A stretch of 64,000 nucleotides of DNA. It comes from Squalus acanthias (lineage: Eukaryota). The notes under the pieces were generated by a model that was not told the origin of the DNA, ran no database searches, and saw only the letters and a list, made by a program, of their open reading frames with translations. This document shows, piece after piece, positions 23,081 to 33,994 of the stretch (within the stretch, counting starts at the first letter, position 1; each line of letters starts with the position of its first letter). The DNA lies in the NCBI GenBank assembly GCA_030390025.1, contig CM059432.1, positions 150,414,001 to 150,478,000 of the forward strand. The letters are read 5' to 3'. Made by a program: the position numbers and the translations under genes.

Positions 23081-26000
23081 AGCCCCATCTGTTCAACTGC
23101 CTCTTCTCTTCCTTCCCCTAGCCCACCGGTCCAAACTTCCTCTAAGGATCCCCCCTGTCCTAGCCCTGAACTCACATCTTTCTCCAGTTTCTCGCCCATC
23201 TCCCCTCATGACCTCTCCGCGCTCATCTTGTTCATGAGACCCACTTCCTGCTCCCTCGACCCTATTCCCACCAAACTGCTGACCACCCAACTTCCTTTTC
23301 TGGCTCCCATGTTAGCTGACATTGTTAATGGTTCTCTCTCCTCAGGTACTGTCTCCCTCTCCCTCAAATCTACCGTCAGCACCACCTCCTCAAAAAACCC
23401 CTCTGTCCTTGCAAACAACCGCCCCATCTCCAACCTCCCTTTCCTCTCCAAAGTTCTTGAACGTTTTATCGCCTCCCAAATCCATGCCCATCTTTCCCGC
23501 AACTCCATGTTTGAATCCCTCCAATCAGGTTTCTGCCCTTGCCACAGTACCGAAACGGCACTCATCAAAGTCACAAATTACATCCTTTGTAACTGTGACA
23601 AAGGTAAACTATCCCTCCTCGTCCTTCTCGACCTGTCTGCAGCCTTTGACACGGTTGACCACTCCATCCTCCTCCAACGCCTCTCCACAGTCGTCCAGCA
23701 ATCGCCTGATTCCATTCTTATCTAATCATAGCCAGAGAATCACCTGCAATGGCTTCTCTTCCCGCTCCTGCATCGTTACCTCTGGTGTCCCCCAAGAATC
23801 TATCCTTGGCCCCCTCCTATTTCTCATCTACATGCTGCCCCTCGGCGACATCACCCGAAAACACAGCGTCAGTTTCCACATGTACACTGATGACACCCAG
23901 CTCTACCTCACCACCACTTCTCTCAACCCCTCCACAGTCTCTAAATTATTCAGGCTGCTTGTCCGACATCCAGTTCTGGATGAGCAGAAATTTTCTCCAA
24001 TTAAATATTGGGAAGATCAAAGCCATTGTTTTTGGTCCCCGCCACAAACTTCGTTCCCTAGCCACTGATTCCATCCCTCTTCCTAACATCTGTCTGAGGC
24101 TGAACCACACTGTTCGCAACCTTGGTGTCATATTTGACCCTGAAATGAGCTTCCGACCACATATCCGCGGCATAACTAAGACTGCCTACATCCACCTCCG
24201 TAATAGAAGTAAATGGGTATGATGTAATTGCCATTACAGAGACATGGTTGCAGGGTAACCAAAGCTGGGAACTGAATGTTTCAGGGTACTCAACATTTAG
24301 GAAGGATAGACAAAAAGGAAAAAGAGGTGGCGTAGCGCTGTTAATAAGGGATGAGATTGGTACGGTAAAGATAAAAGATCTTGGCTCGGCAGATCGTGAT
24401 GTAGAACTGGAATCAGTTTGAGTGGAGCTAAGAAACAGCAAAGGGCGGAAAACATTGTGGGAGTAGTGGTAATGCAGGGCACAGCATCAATCAAGAAATT
24501 AGAAGTGCATGTAATAAGGGCAATACGGTAATCATGGGAGACTTTAATCTACATATTGACTGGGCAAATCAAATTACCACTAATGGTGTGGAGGACGAAT
24601 TCTTGGAATACATGCGAGATGGTTTCCTGGATCAGTATGTGGAGGAACCAACCAGGGAACAGGCTGTTCTGGATCTGGTACTGTGTAATGAGAAAGGGCT
24701 AATCAATAATCTTGTGGTAAAGGGGCCTTTAGGGACAAGTGACCAATAATATGATTGAATTTTACATTAAATTTGAGAGTGTAGTCCAATCTGAAACTAA
24801 GGTCTTCAATCTAAACAGAGGAAACTACAAGGGTATGAGGGACAAGTTGGCCATGGTAGATTGGAGACTACACTAACAGGTATGAAGGTGGACATACAAT
24901 GGCTAACATTCAAGGAAATAATGCATAATTTGCAACAAACATATATTCCTGTAGGGCATAAAAACCCAAAAGGAAAAGTGATCCAACCATGGCTAACAAA
25001 AGAAATTAAAGCTAGTATTAAGTCAAAGGAGGAAGCTTATAAAGTTGCCAGAAAAAGCGGTCAGCCTGAGGTTTGGGATCTTTTTAGAAATCAGCAAAGG
25101 GGGACCAAGAAATTGATAAAGAAAGGGAAAATGGAATATGAGCACAAACTAGCGAAAAATATAAAAATGGATTGTAAAAGCTTCTATAGGTATGTGAAAA
25201 GGAAAAGACTGGCGAAGGTAAATGTAGGTCCTTTACAGTCAGAGACGGGAGAATTTATAATGGGGAATGAGGAAATGGCTGAGAAATTAAATAAATACTT
25301 TGTTTCTGTCTTCACGGAGGAAGACAAAAAACCTCCCAGAAATACGAGAAAACCAAGGGTGTGGCGAGAATGAGGAACTTAAAGAAATTATTAGTAAAAA
25401 AACAGTACTAGCAAAATTAATGGGACTAAAAGTCGATAAATCCCAAGGACCGGATGACCTACATCCTAGGGTTTTGAAAGAGGTGGCCATTAGGATAGTG
25501 GACGCATTGGTTGTCATCTTCCAAAATTCTATAGATTCTGGAACGGTTCCTGCAGATTGGAGGATAGCAAATGTAACCCCGCTATTTAAGAAAGGAGGGA
25601 GAGAGAAAACGGGGAACTACAGACCTGTTAGCCTCACATCAGTAGTTGGGAAAATGCTGGACTCTATTATAAAGGATGCAATAACTGGCACTTAGAAACT
25701 AATAGTAAGATTGGGCAGAGTCAACGTGGATTTATGAACGGGAAATCCTGTTTGACAAGCCTATTGGAGTTCCTTGAGGATGTAACTAGTGGAGTAGACA
25801 AAGGGGAACCGGTAGATGTGGTGTATCTGGATTTTCAGAAGGCCTTCGATAAGGTCCCACACAAGAGGTTGGTGAACAAAATTAGGGCACATGGAATTGG
25901 GGGTAATATACTAGCATGGATTGAGAATTGGTTAACAGACAGAAAACAAAAAGTAGGGATAAACGGGTCTTTTTCAGGATGGCAGGCTGTGACTAGTGGG

Positions 26001-27656
26001 GTACTGCAAGGATCGGTGCTTGGGCCCCAGCTATTCACAATCTATATCAATGATTTGGATGAGGGGACTAAATGTAACATTTCCAAATTTGCTGATGATA
26101 CAAAGCTAGGTGGCAGTGTCAGTTGCGAAGAGGATGTGAAGAGTCTTCAAGGGGATCTCGACAGGCTAAGTGAGTGGGCGAGAACATGGCAGATGGAATA
26201 TAATGTGGATAAATGTGAAGTTATCCACTTTGGTAGAAAAAACAGAAAGGCAGAGTATTTCCTAAATGGTGAATGATTGGGGAATGCAGATGCTCAAAGG
26301 GACCTTGGTGTCCTTGTACATGAGTCACTGAAAGTGACTGTGCAGGTGCAGCAAGCCATTAGGAAGGCAAATGGTATGCTGGCCTTCATTACAAGAGGAT
26401 TTGAGTACAGGAGTAAAGAAGTCTTACTCCAATTATATAGGGCCTTGGTGAGACCACACCTGGAGTACTGTGTACAATTTTGGTCTCCTTACCTAAGGAA
26501 GGATATACTTGCCATAGAAGGAGTGCAATGAAGGTTCACGAGATTGATTCCTGGGATGGCGGGACTGTCGTATGAGAACAGATTGAGTAAACTAGGCCTG
26601 TATTCTCTTGAATTCAGATGAATGAGAGGGGATCGCATTGAAGCATACAAAATTATTACAGGGCTTGATAGGGTGGATGCTGGGAGAATGTTTCCCTTGG
26701 CTGAGGAGTCTAGAACCAGGGGCAACAGCCTCAAGATAAAGGGTAGGCCATTCAGCACTGAGATGAGAAGAAATTTCTTCACACAGAGGGTGGTGAATCT
26801 TTGGAATTCTCTACCTCAGAGGGCTGTGGAGGCTCAGTCATTGGGTATATTCAAAACAGAAGTCGATAGATTTCTGACTAGTAAGGGCATCAAGGGATAT
26901 GGCGATAGGGCCGGTGAATGGAGTTGAGGCAGAAGATCAGCCATGATCTCATTGAATGGCGGAGCAGGGTCGAAGGGCCTACTCCTGCTCCTATTTCTTA
27001 TGTTCTTACGTTCTTAACAATGCCCGTCTCCGCCCTTGCCTCAGCTTATCTGCTGCTGAAACCCTCATCCATGCCTTTGTTACCGCTAGATTTGACTATT
27101 CCAACGCACTCCTGACTGGCCTCCTACATTCTACCCTACGTAAACTTGAGGTCATCCAAAACTTGGCAGCCCGTGTCCTAACTCGTACCAAGTCCTGTGC
27201 GCCCCCTGTGCTCGCTGACCTATATTGGCTCCCGATTAAGCAAAGCCTCGATTTCAAAATTCTCATCCTTGTTTTCAAATCCCTCCATAGCCTCGCCCCT
27301 CCCTATCCCTCCAGCCCCACAACACCCCCCCCACCCCTCCCCCCGCCCCGAGATATCTGCGCTCCTCTAATTCTGCCCTCTTGAGCATCCCTGATTATAA
27401 TCACTCAACCATTGGTGGCCGTGCCTTCTGTTGCCTGGGCCCTAAGCTCTGGAATTCCCTGCCTAAACCTCTCCACCTCTCTTTCTTCCTTTAAGAAGCT
27501 CCTTAAAACCTACCTCTTTGACCAAGCTTTTGGTCATCTGCCCTAATTTCTCCTTACGTGGCTCGGTGCCAAATTTTTGTCTTATAATACTCCTGTGAAA
27601 TGCCTTCAGACATTTTACTGTTAAAGGCACTATATAAATACAAGTTGTTGTTGTTG
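23081..27656 (+). mobile_element. L2 LINE, 5'-truncated, split by a CR1
   Basis: SCSLDPIPTKLL, RPISNLPFLSKVLE, LQSGF, STETAL, DLSAAFDTVDH, YTDDTQLY. Resumes at 27015 (AETLIHAFVTARFDYSN). Tail gcactatataaatacaag(ttg)n. Confidence 0.92.
24204..27014 (+). mobile_element. CR1 LINE ORF2 (APE + RT) inserted in L2, TSD TAA
   Basis: ITETWL, MGDFNLH, LDLVLCN, RT motifs and a (ttcttatg)n tail. L2 is continuous across cctccgtaa|caatgccc. Confidence 0.93.
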
Positions 27657-29193
27657 TAGCTGAGATACCGAGGGGTGGAAGTTATGTTACAGTGATTTAA
27701 AGCTCTGGTTAGACCCCATCTGGAGTAACTGCGTTCAGTTCTGGGCAACGCACCTCAAGAAGGATATATTAGCCTTAGAGGGGGAGCAGCGCAGATTCAC
27801 CGGGGCTAAAAAGGTTAAATTATGAGGACAGGCTGCATAGACAAGGCTTGTATTCCCTTGAATCAAGAAGATTAAGCGATGATCTAATTGAGGTGTTTAA
27901 GATGATTAAAGGAGTTGATAGGGTTGATATAGAAAAACTATTTCCTCTGGTGATCGAGTCCAGAATAAGGGGGCACAATCTTAAAATTAGAGCTAGGCCA
28001 TTGAGGGGTGATGTCAGGAAGCACTTCTTCACACAAAGAGTAGTGGAAATCTGGAACTCTCTCCCTAAAATGTTGTTGAGGCGAGGTCAATTGAAAGTTT
28101 CAAAATTCATGATTGATAGACTTTTGTTAGGCAAGGGTATTAAGGGTTAGGAACCAAGGTGGGTAGATGGAGTTAAGATACAGATCAGCCGTGATCTAGT
28201 TGAATGGCGAAACAGGCTCGATGGACTGAATGGCCTCTTCCTGTTTCTATGTACAATTTATTTTCATATTGTGGTCAAGTGCTGTACAATGTTTTAGTTT
28301 CTTGACCCAAGTTGTCACTTAAACAGAATTCTTTGCTGTTTAAATGCCTGTGTGATGGCTCTTGTCCGAACAGTTGTACTGCAGTTACGAGTTCACATAC
28401 TGAACTCCGATCACTAATAGTTAAATAACAAGCTCATAACCCAAGTGTTTCTCTTAAAATCCACATCTTCACACTGAGCTGCAGAGAGGAACTTCACATA
28501 CCCAGATTGGCTGCAACAGAAACCATGGAAACAAGTGCACGTCACGTGGAAGTATGCACTTATATTTGCACAAGTACCTTTGAGGTTCATTTTCATAAAA
28601 AATCTGTATGTAGCACACGCACTGCATTTCAGCATGCAAATTAGTGTGCATATTATGCAAAATATTGCAATCGAGTATCATCAGATCTAGTTCCCTTTTA
28701 CAATAGTGTTTCAATAAGTAAGATTGATTAGCTGTTAATCCTTGGTGTGATGAAGTGTACACCCATTCCGGAGGGTACTAGGACCATGGGGAGTGGATGG
28801 TGGCAGCCATCTGGGCTCCCATAAGTGGTCACAGGTGTCCCTGATTAAGCAAACAGGCAAGGGAGTTATAGCAACCAAATATTTCAGTTTAGGGGTGGAC
28901 TGTCAGAATGGAGAGCCACAGGCCGGAATTTTCTGTACCTGGGCGGGTCGGATGCGAGCAGTCGCCATGGTGGTTACGACCCCGTTCTTCATTCCATCCC
29001 GCTCCCGAGATCGACTTAACCTTAATGGAGCCTATTAAGGCAGCCCTGTGTTACCCGGCCCTATTAAATGGTGCGGGTCTGACAACGTCATCGATGACAC
29101 GTTTTCAGCCGGGATATTTAAAGGAGCCATGGCCACATTGCATTTGAAGGTTCATCTGGGATTGTGCAGGCAGTGCACTGGACCATTGGAAAC

Positions 29194-31041
29194 ATGACTG
29201 CACAGAGACAGAGGGCTGCACCCAGGTTCTCAGACGACTCCCTCCATATGCTTGTGGAGGGAGCGAGAGCACGCAAGGAGGTTCTCTTCCCTTTCGATGG
29301 GCGAAAGAGACCTCCCCAGCAGACCAAAGGAGCCTGGCACCAAATAACAGAGGTCAACAGCAGGGATGTGTTCAGGAGGACCTGGGTGCAGTGCCGCAAA
29401 CGTTTCAATGATCTCATTGGATCAGGAAAGGTGAGTGCAAAGCCACACTCAACTTCATCCTGCTGTGCCTCTCATCACATCCCCATCACGTTGCCTTCCC
29501 AACCCTACTCCTGCACATCATTACTCACATCAACATACCTTGCATGCCCACCCATCCCTCTCTCTCTATCTACATTATCACATCCCCATCTGAATAACCA
29601 ACCCTCACACTCACCTTCATCCTAATGCAATCATACCCCTAACAACACACAAGGAGGCCACTTGGCATTGGCACCTCACTCCATCATAGTCACCCTCTAA
29701 AGATTTAACCCATCTATTCCTTACACTCATTCCATCACTCTCACTCAACCTTCTCTTCTTTCCCTCCTTGCAGGAGACGAGATCCCACAATAAGAGGGAG
29801 AGGGAGAGGGAGAGAACCGGAGGTGGCCCTCCATCATTGGCCACCTTAATAGCAGCAGAGGAGGTTGCCCTGCAGAGCAGCTGGAGGTGGGAGATGGAGA
29901 GAGGGGGACATCTCCGCAACCTGGTGACAGAATTACATCTCATACAGCAGTCACTCATATGGGGACTGATGTCAGCAGCCAGTGAATGTTCATCATGTGC
30001 AGAATGGTATCGTTACCCATTCTTGATATGATATCTAACTCATCTCTTTACTCTCCCACAGGTCCATCAAGAGCCCCCACGACTGTCCAGGAGGAAAAGG
30101 AAGACGACTCCCCGGAGGAGCCTCCAGCCTCTGAGGGTGCACCATCACTAGACATAAGCGCACCCAGCACCAGCGCAGATGCACACACCTCAGTGGGTGC
30201 CACGCGAGATAGAGTAGTGTTGTGACTTGAGACACCAGGTGACAAGTGAGCAAGAGCAGATGGTGGACAGGGACAGCAGTGGAGACTCCTCACAAGAGAG
30301 CGCAGGATGCTCCCAGCTCTGCTCAGCTGCATGCAGACGCGGAGCCTCGGGGGCCATCCAGAAAGAGGGAGATCCTGGAGGTGCAGCAAGAAGTGCAGGA
30401 GGCTTTGACGGGTTCTGCGACCGCGATGGCTGCAAATGTGCAGAGAATGGAGGAGTCCATCTCCAACATGAGCACCACCGTGTCACAGACGATAGCGACT
30501 GTAGGCTCTTCCATGGAAAGGATGGCCACCTGCATGGAGCAGCTAATGCGCCACTCACAGGAGCACATGGTCTCTATGGAGAATAGATGGCTATCTATAG
30601 AGAATAGATGGCAGATGCTCATAGATCTCCTGTCTACGAGGAATTTCAACGTAGATGTGGGTTTTCATGGCCCCACTGCTGTGCAGCAAGGTTCTCTCCA
30701 GCTCCTTGCAAGCAGGGAAGTGCGGGTGGTTCACAAGAGGGATGACGGTGAGAGGGATGACGGTGAGAGGGAACATGGAAGTGGGGGCTCCTCTCAAAGC
30801 ACTCACACTTCTCCCCCATTGCACGCCCTCTCCACAGTCAGAGCCTCAGATCGCGATGGCCAAGTCCGCCCCTGCACAGTCGCAGGAGGAGCAGACTTTT
30901 ATTGGGCCATCACAGGCTCCAAAACCCAGAGGACCAAAAGTGTCAATGCAGTCACAGCAGGGAAGTGGGCAGGCTGCCTCTGCCTCTGCTGAAGCCACAC
31001 AGGTAGCACCTCCTAGCAGCATGCATAAAAGAAAGATGTAA
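29194..31041 (+). pseudogene. Harbinger Myb/SANT-like DNA-binding protein gene, 3 exons (29194-29430, 29774-29923, 30062-31041)
   Basis: RAAPRFSDDSLHMLVEG...W...RTWVQCRKRFNDL with canonical GT-AG introns; frameshifts and stops in exons 2-3. Confidence 0.85.
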
Positions 31042-31338
31042 CACAAGTAGATGCACAAGTGTAGCCACTTGGGTGTTTTAATAAATGTTTCTGTAAAGTT
31101 TTCGTTACTGTGATGTCACAGATAAAAATATTTATTTTCACCACTGGACAAATTTGTGTGGAACTTTGGAAGTGGCTTCGTGAGTTGGATTGGATGGTGA
31201 GACATAACGTTACCTTCAGCAATGGTGGTCAATGTGAAAGGAAGGGCCTGGTCATTGTAGGGATGCTTTATGGTGTTGCTGTGGGGTGGTGCGAACCTGG
31301 CGCAGCATGTGGCAGCCATATGGGTGTAAGGCGTGAAG

Positions 31339-32536
31339 TTAAGTAAATCTGGCCATGATGAGGCCATCCCTGGCCTCCTGAGCAGCAATGGTGGGGTCTG
31401 GACCTCAGGTTCCTCCTGCTCCTCCTCCTCCTCTGAAGAAGAGGCTGTGCGCTCAGAGCCTTGCTCCTCATGCAGCTTTAATCCTCACTGCTGCGCTATG
31501 TTGTGTAGGGCGCAGCAGATCACGACGATTCTGGAGACCCTGGCTGGTGCCTACTGAAGAGCTCCTCCAGATCTGTCAAGGCATCTGAAGTGCATTTTCA
31601 GCTTGCCTATTGTCTGCTCTATGACACATCTGGTGGAGATATGGCTTTCATTATATCTCTCCTCGGCCTCAGTACTTGGCCGCCTCCAAGGGTGTCATGA
31701 GCCACGTCTTCAGTGGATAGCCCTAATCTCAAAGCAGCCAGACGGAAAGTCTGTTTGGAGGAGCGAAGAGCTGAGGGAGGGTGGACTGGTGCAGGATGAA
31801 AGAGTCATGGCAGCTGCCAGGAATTTGGTTCACAAATGCATGATGATCTTACTAAGGGTGCTGACGAGCTGCACATTGAGGGAGTGGGAGCCCTTGCGGT
31901 TGACAAAGACTCCTGGGTGATGATGGGTGCCCTGATGGCCACATGTGTGCAGTTGTTGACGCCCTCCACACGTGGGAAGCCAGCTAGAGTGGCAAAGGCC
32001 AGCGCCCACTCAGTAACACTGGCTTCATCAGTGGCAAAGTTCATAAAATTGGCTGACTTGTCAAAGAGGGTATCGGTGACCTATGTGATATATCTCTGGG
32101 CGGCCGACTGCAAGATGCCACAAATGTCTGCTGCAGATCCCTGGAAGGAGCTGGAGGCGAAGAAGTTGAGGGTGCTGGTGACTTTGACAGCCACTAGTAA
32201 GGCATCTCCACCCACTCCTGTAGGCTACAGGTAGGTCTTGCTCCAGCAATCTGCAAATGTCTGCAATGACCTGGCGCGATAGCCTAAGCCTCCTTTGGCT
32301 CTGCTGCTCAGTCATGTTGAGGAAGCTCATCCTCTGCCTGTATACCCTCTGTTAGGGGTATCACCTCCGGCATGGTGCAGACCTGCGCTGATGCCCTGTG
32401 TCTGTGCAGCTTCAGGTAGTTGAGGAGAAGGTTGGTGGTGGTAGTGGTGTTGTTGTCGGTGGTGGTGCTGCTGGTGTTGGGGCTCATCATGGTCCTATTC
32501 TGAGGACCGAGGTGAGACAGTATAAACGGCACCCAT
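31339..32536 (-). pseudogene. Harbinger (HARBI1-like) DDE transposase
   Basis: [42 protein letters not shown] and C-terminal EARDGLIMARFT*; multiple lesions. Confidence 0.88.
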
Positions 32537-32548
32537 GCTTATTTAATA

Positions 32549-32965
32549 ACCTTCCCATGCAAGCGCAGGAGATGCAACACATGCCCTTATACCTCCCCTC
32601 TCCCCACTGTCCAGGGCCCCAAACACCCCTTCCAGGTGAAACAGCGATTTACTTGTACTTCCTGCAATTTAGTATACTGTATTCGCTGCTCACGATGTGG
32701 TCTCCTCTACATTGGGGAGACCAAATGCCGATTGGGTGACCGCTTTGCGGAACACCTCCGTTCAGTCCGTAAGGGGGACCCCGAGCTCCCGGTGGCCTGT
32801 CACTTTAATTCTCCGCTCCACTCCCACTCTGACCTCACCGTCCTCGGCCTCTTGCATTGTTCCACGGAAGCTCAGCGTAAGCTCGAGGAACAGCACCTCA
32901 TCTTTCGTTTAGGCACCCTACAGCCCTCTGGACTCAACATCGAGTTCAACAATTTCAGATCATAA
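32549..32965 (+). CDS. PLE C-terminal Cys linker plus GIY-YIG endonuclease (partial, frame open)
   Basis: FPCKRRRCNTCPY...NLVYCIRCSRCGLLYIGETKCRLGDRFAEH...RKLEEQHLIFRLGTLQPSGLN. Confidence 0.88.
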   Translation, partial: TFPCKRRRCNTCPYTSPLPTVQGPKHPFQVKQRFTCTSCNLVYCIRCSRCGLLYIGETKCRLGDRFAEHLRSVRKGDPELPVACHFNSPLHSHSDLTVLGLLHCSTEAQRKLEEQHLIFRLGTLQPSGLNIEFNNFRS

Positions 32966-33265
32966 CCTTGACCCCCATCACATATATATATTTTTTATTT
33001 TATTTTTTCATCCACCCTTTTGTTTGGTCTTTTGTTTCCCTCCCAGAAGCTGGCAGCTGTCCTTCATTCTGCCAGCCCAGTTCACACTTCATCTAGCCTC
33101 TACCTGTCACATTACCACATCCTCTTGCCTTGATTATCTCTTTATGTCTCTTAATCTCTCCTGCTTTCTATCCCACCACTGACCTTACCTTTTGTTCTTT
33201 CATCCCCTCCCCCTTTTCCCAGCATTATACTTGCTTTAAATCTATTTCATTTCCTGCTTTTTTCC

Positions 33266-33302
33266 AGTTCTGACGAAAGGTCTTCGACCGGAAACGTTAA
33301 CT
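33266..33302 (+). ncRNA. Minimal type I hammerhead-ribozyme-like motif in the PLE pLTR
   Basis: agtt/aact stem I, CTGACGA core, ggtc-ttc-gacc stem II, GAAA, palindromic aacgtt stem III. Confidence 0.65.
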
Positions 33303-33994
33303 CTGTTTCTCTCTCCACGGATGCTGCCTGGCCTGCTGAGTTTTTCCAGCGTTTTCTGTTATTTCGGATTTCCAGCATCCGCAGAATTTTGCTTTTATAG
33401 ATGGCAGGTCAAGTAGAGATGATAGAAGCAATCTGTCAATGGTGTGATCGGTTGTACCAATGTAATGACAGTGGATCCCGACTTTGCTAAAAAGACTTGC
33501 AACCTCTAGAAAGCTTAATCTGTGCTGATAATGAACTCAGCAACAGCATCTACCTTAGGACAGTGACCAGGTGTCAGGTGCGAGTTTTTATTGTACTTTT
33601 CATGCTGTGCACTAATGAGCTGGATCAATGGCCACTCAACTTCCACCTCAGCCTCACAGACGTGGTTCCCGAACTGCGTGATTCCCGTAGTCATCCAGGG
33701 AAATTTGAAAGGTAGGGTTAAAGAGGTTTAAGGGTCTGACAAGTACCAAATAACCATTTAAATTACCTCGGCCACCTCTGCCGTTTGGGTTGCTGTCTCG
33801 CTGGCAAACGCGCCCGAGGGAAAGGCGCGTGGGGGTGGGATGACGGCAGGTTCCTGACCTGCTCCAAAGTATTTCAAATTTCCTTCCCAACCCGTCTCCA
33901 AGCGTGCCCACATGGACGCCAGAAAATTCTGGCCATAGGTTCCATCGGTCTGTGACAAGTTTTGAGGATGTGTGTTATGTTTGGTGAATCTATT

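Larger units (their letters stand above)
21440..28255 (+). mobile_element. Old CR1 LINE (outermost of a three-level nest)
   Basis: Degenerate ORF2 at 21440-23080 stops at tttatctcaagg. It resumes at about 27657 (ggggtggaagttatg) and runs to the tail at about 28255. Confidence 0.85.
32549..33398 (+). mobile_element. Penelope-like element (5'-truncated), inserted just upstream of the Harbinger transposase ATG
   Basis: GIY-YIG ORF, 3' UTR and terminal pLTR with a hammerhead-like motif. Confidence 0.92.
28921..33934. mobile_element. Full-length PIF/Harbinger transposon (degenerate)
   Basis: 15-bp TIRs ggccggaattttctg / cagaaaattctggcc (1 mismatch), flanks aca/ata, convergent Myb/SANT and transposase genes. 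Confidence 0.92.

Noticed and set aside
28414..28762. Cys-rich minus-strand ORFs as a host gene
   Set aside because: No recognisable domain or convincing splice structure.
31339..32536. Host HARBI1/NAIF1 genes
   Set aside because: Enclosed by TIRs, multicopy in this window and disabled, so these are transposon copies rather than domesticated genes.
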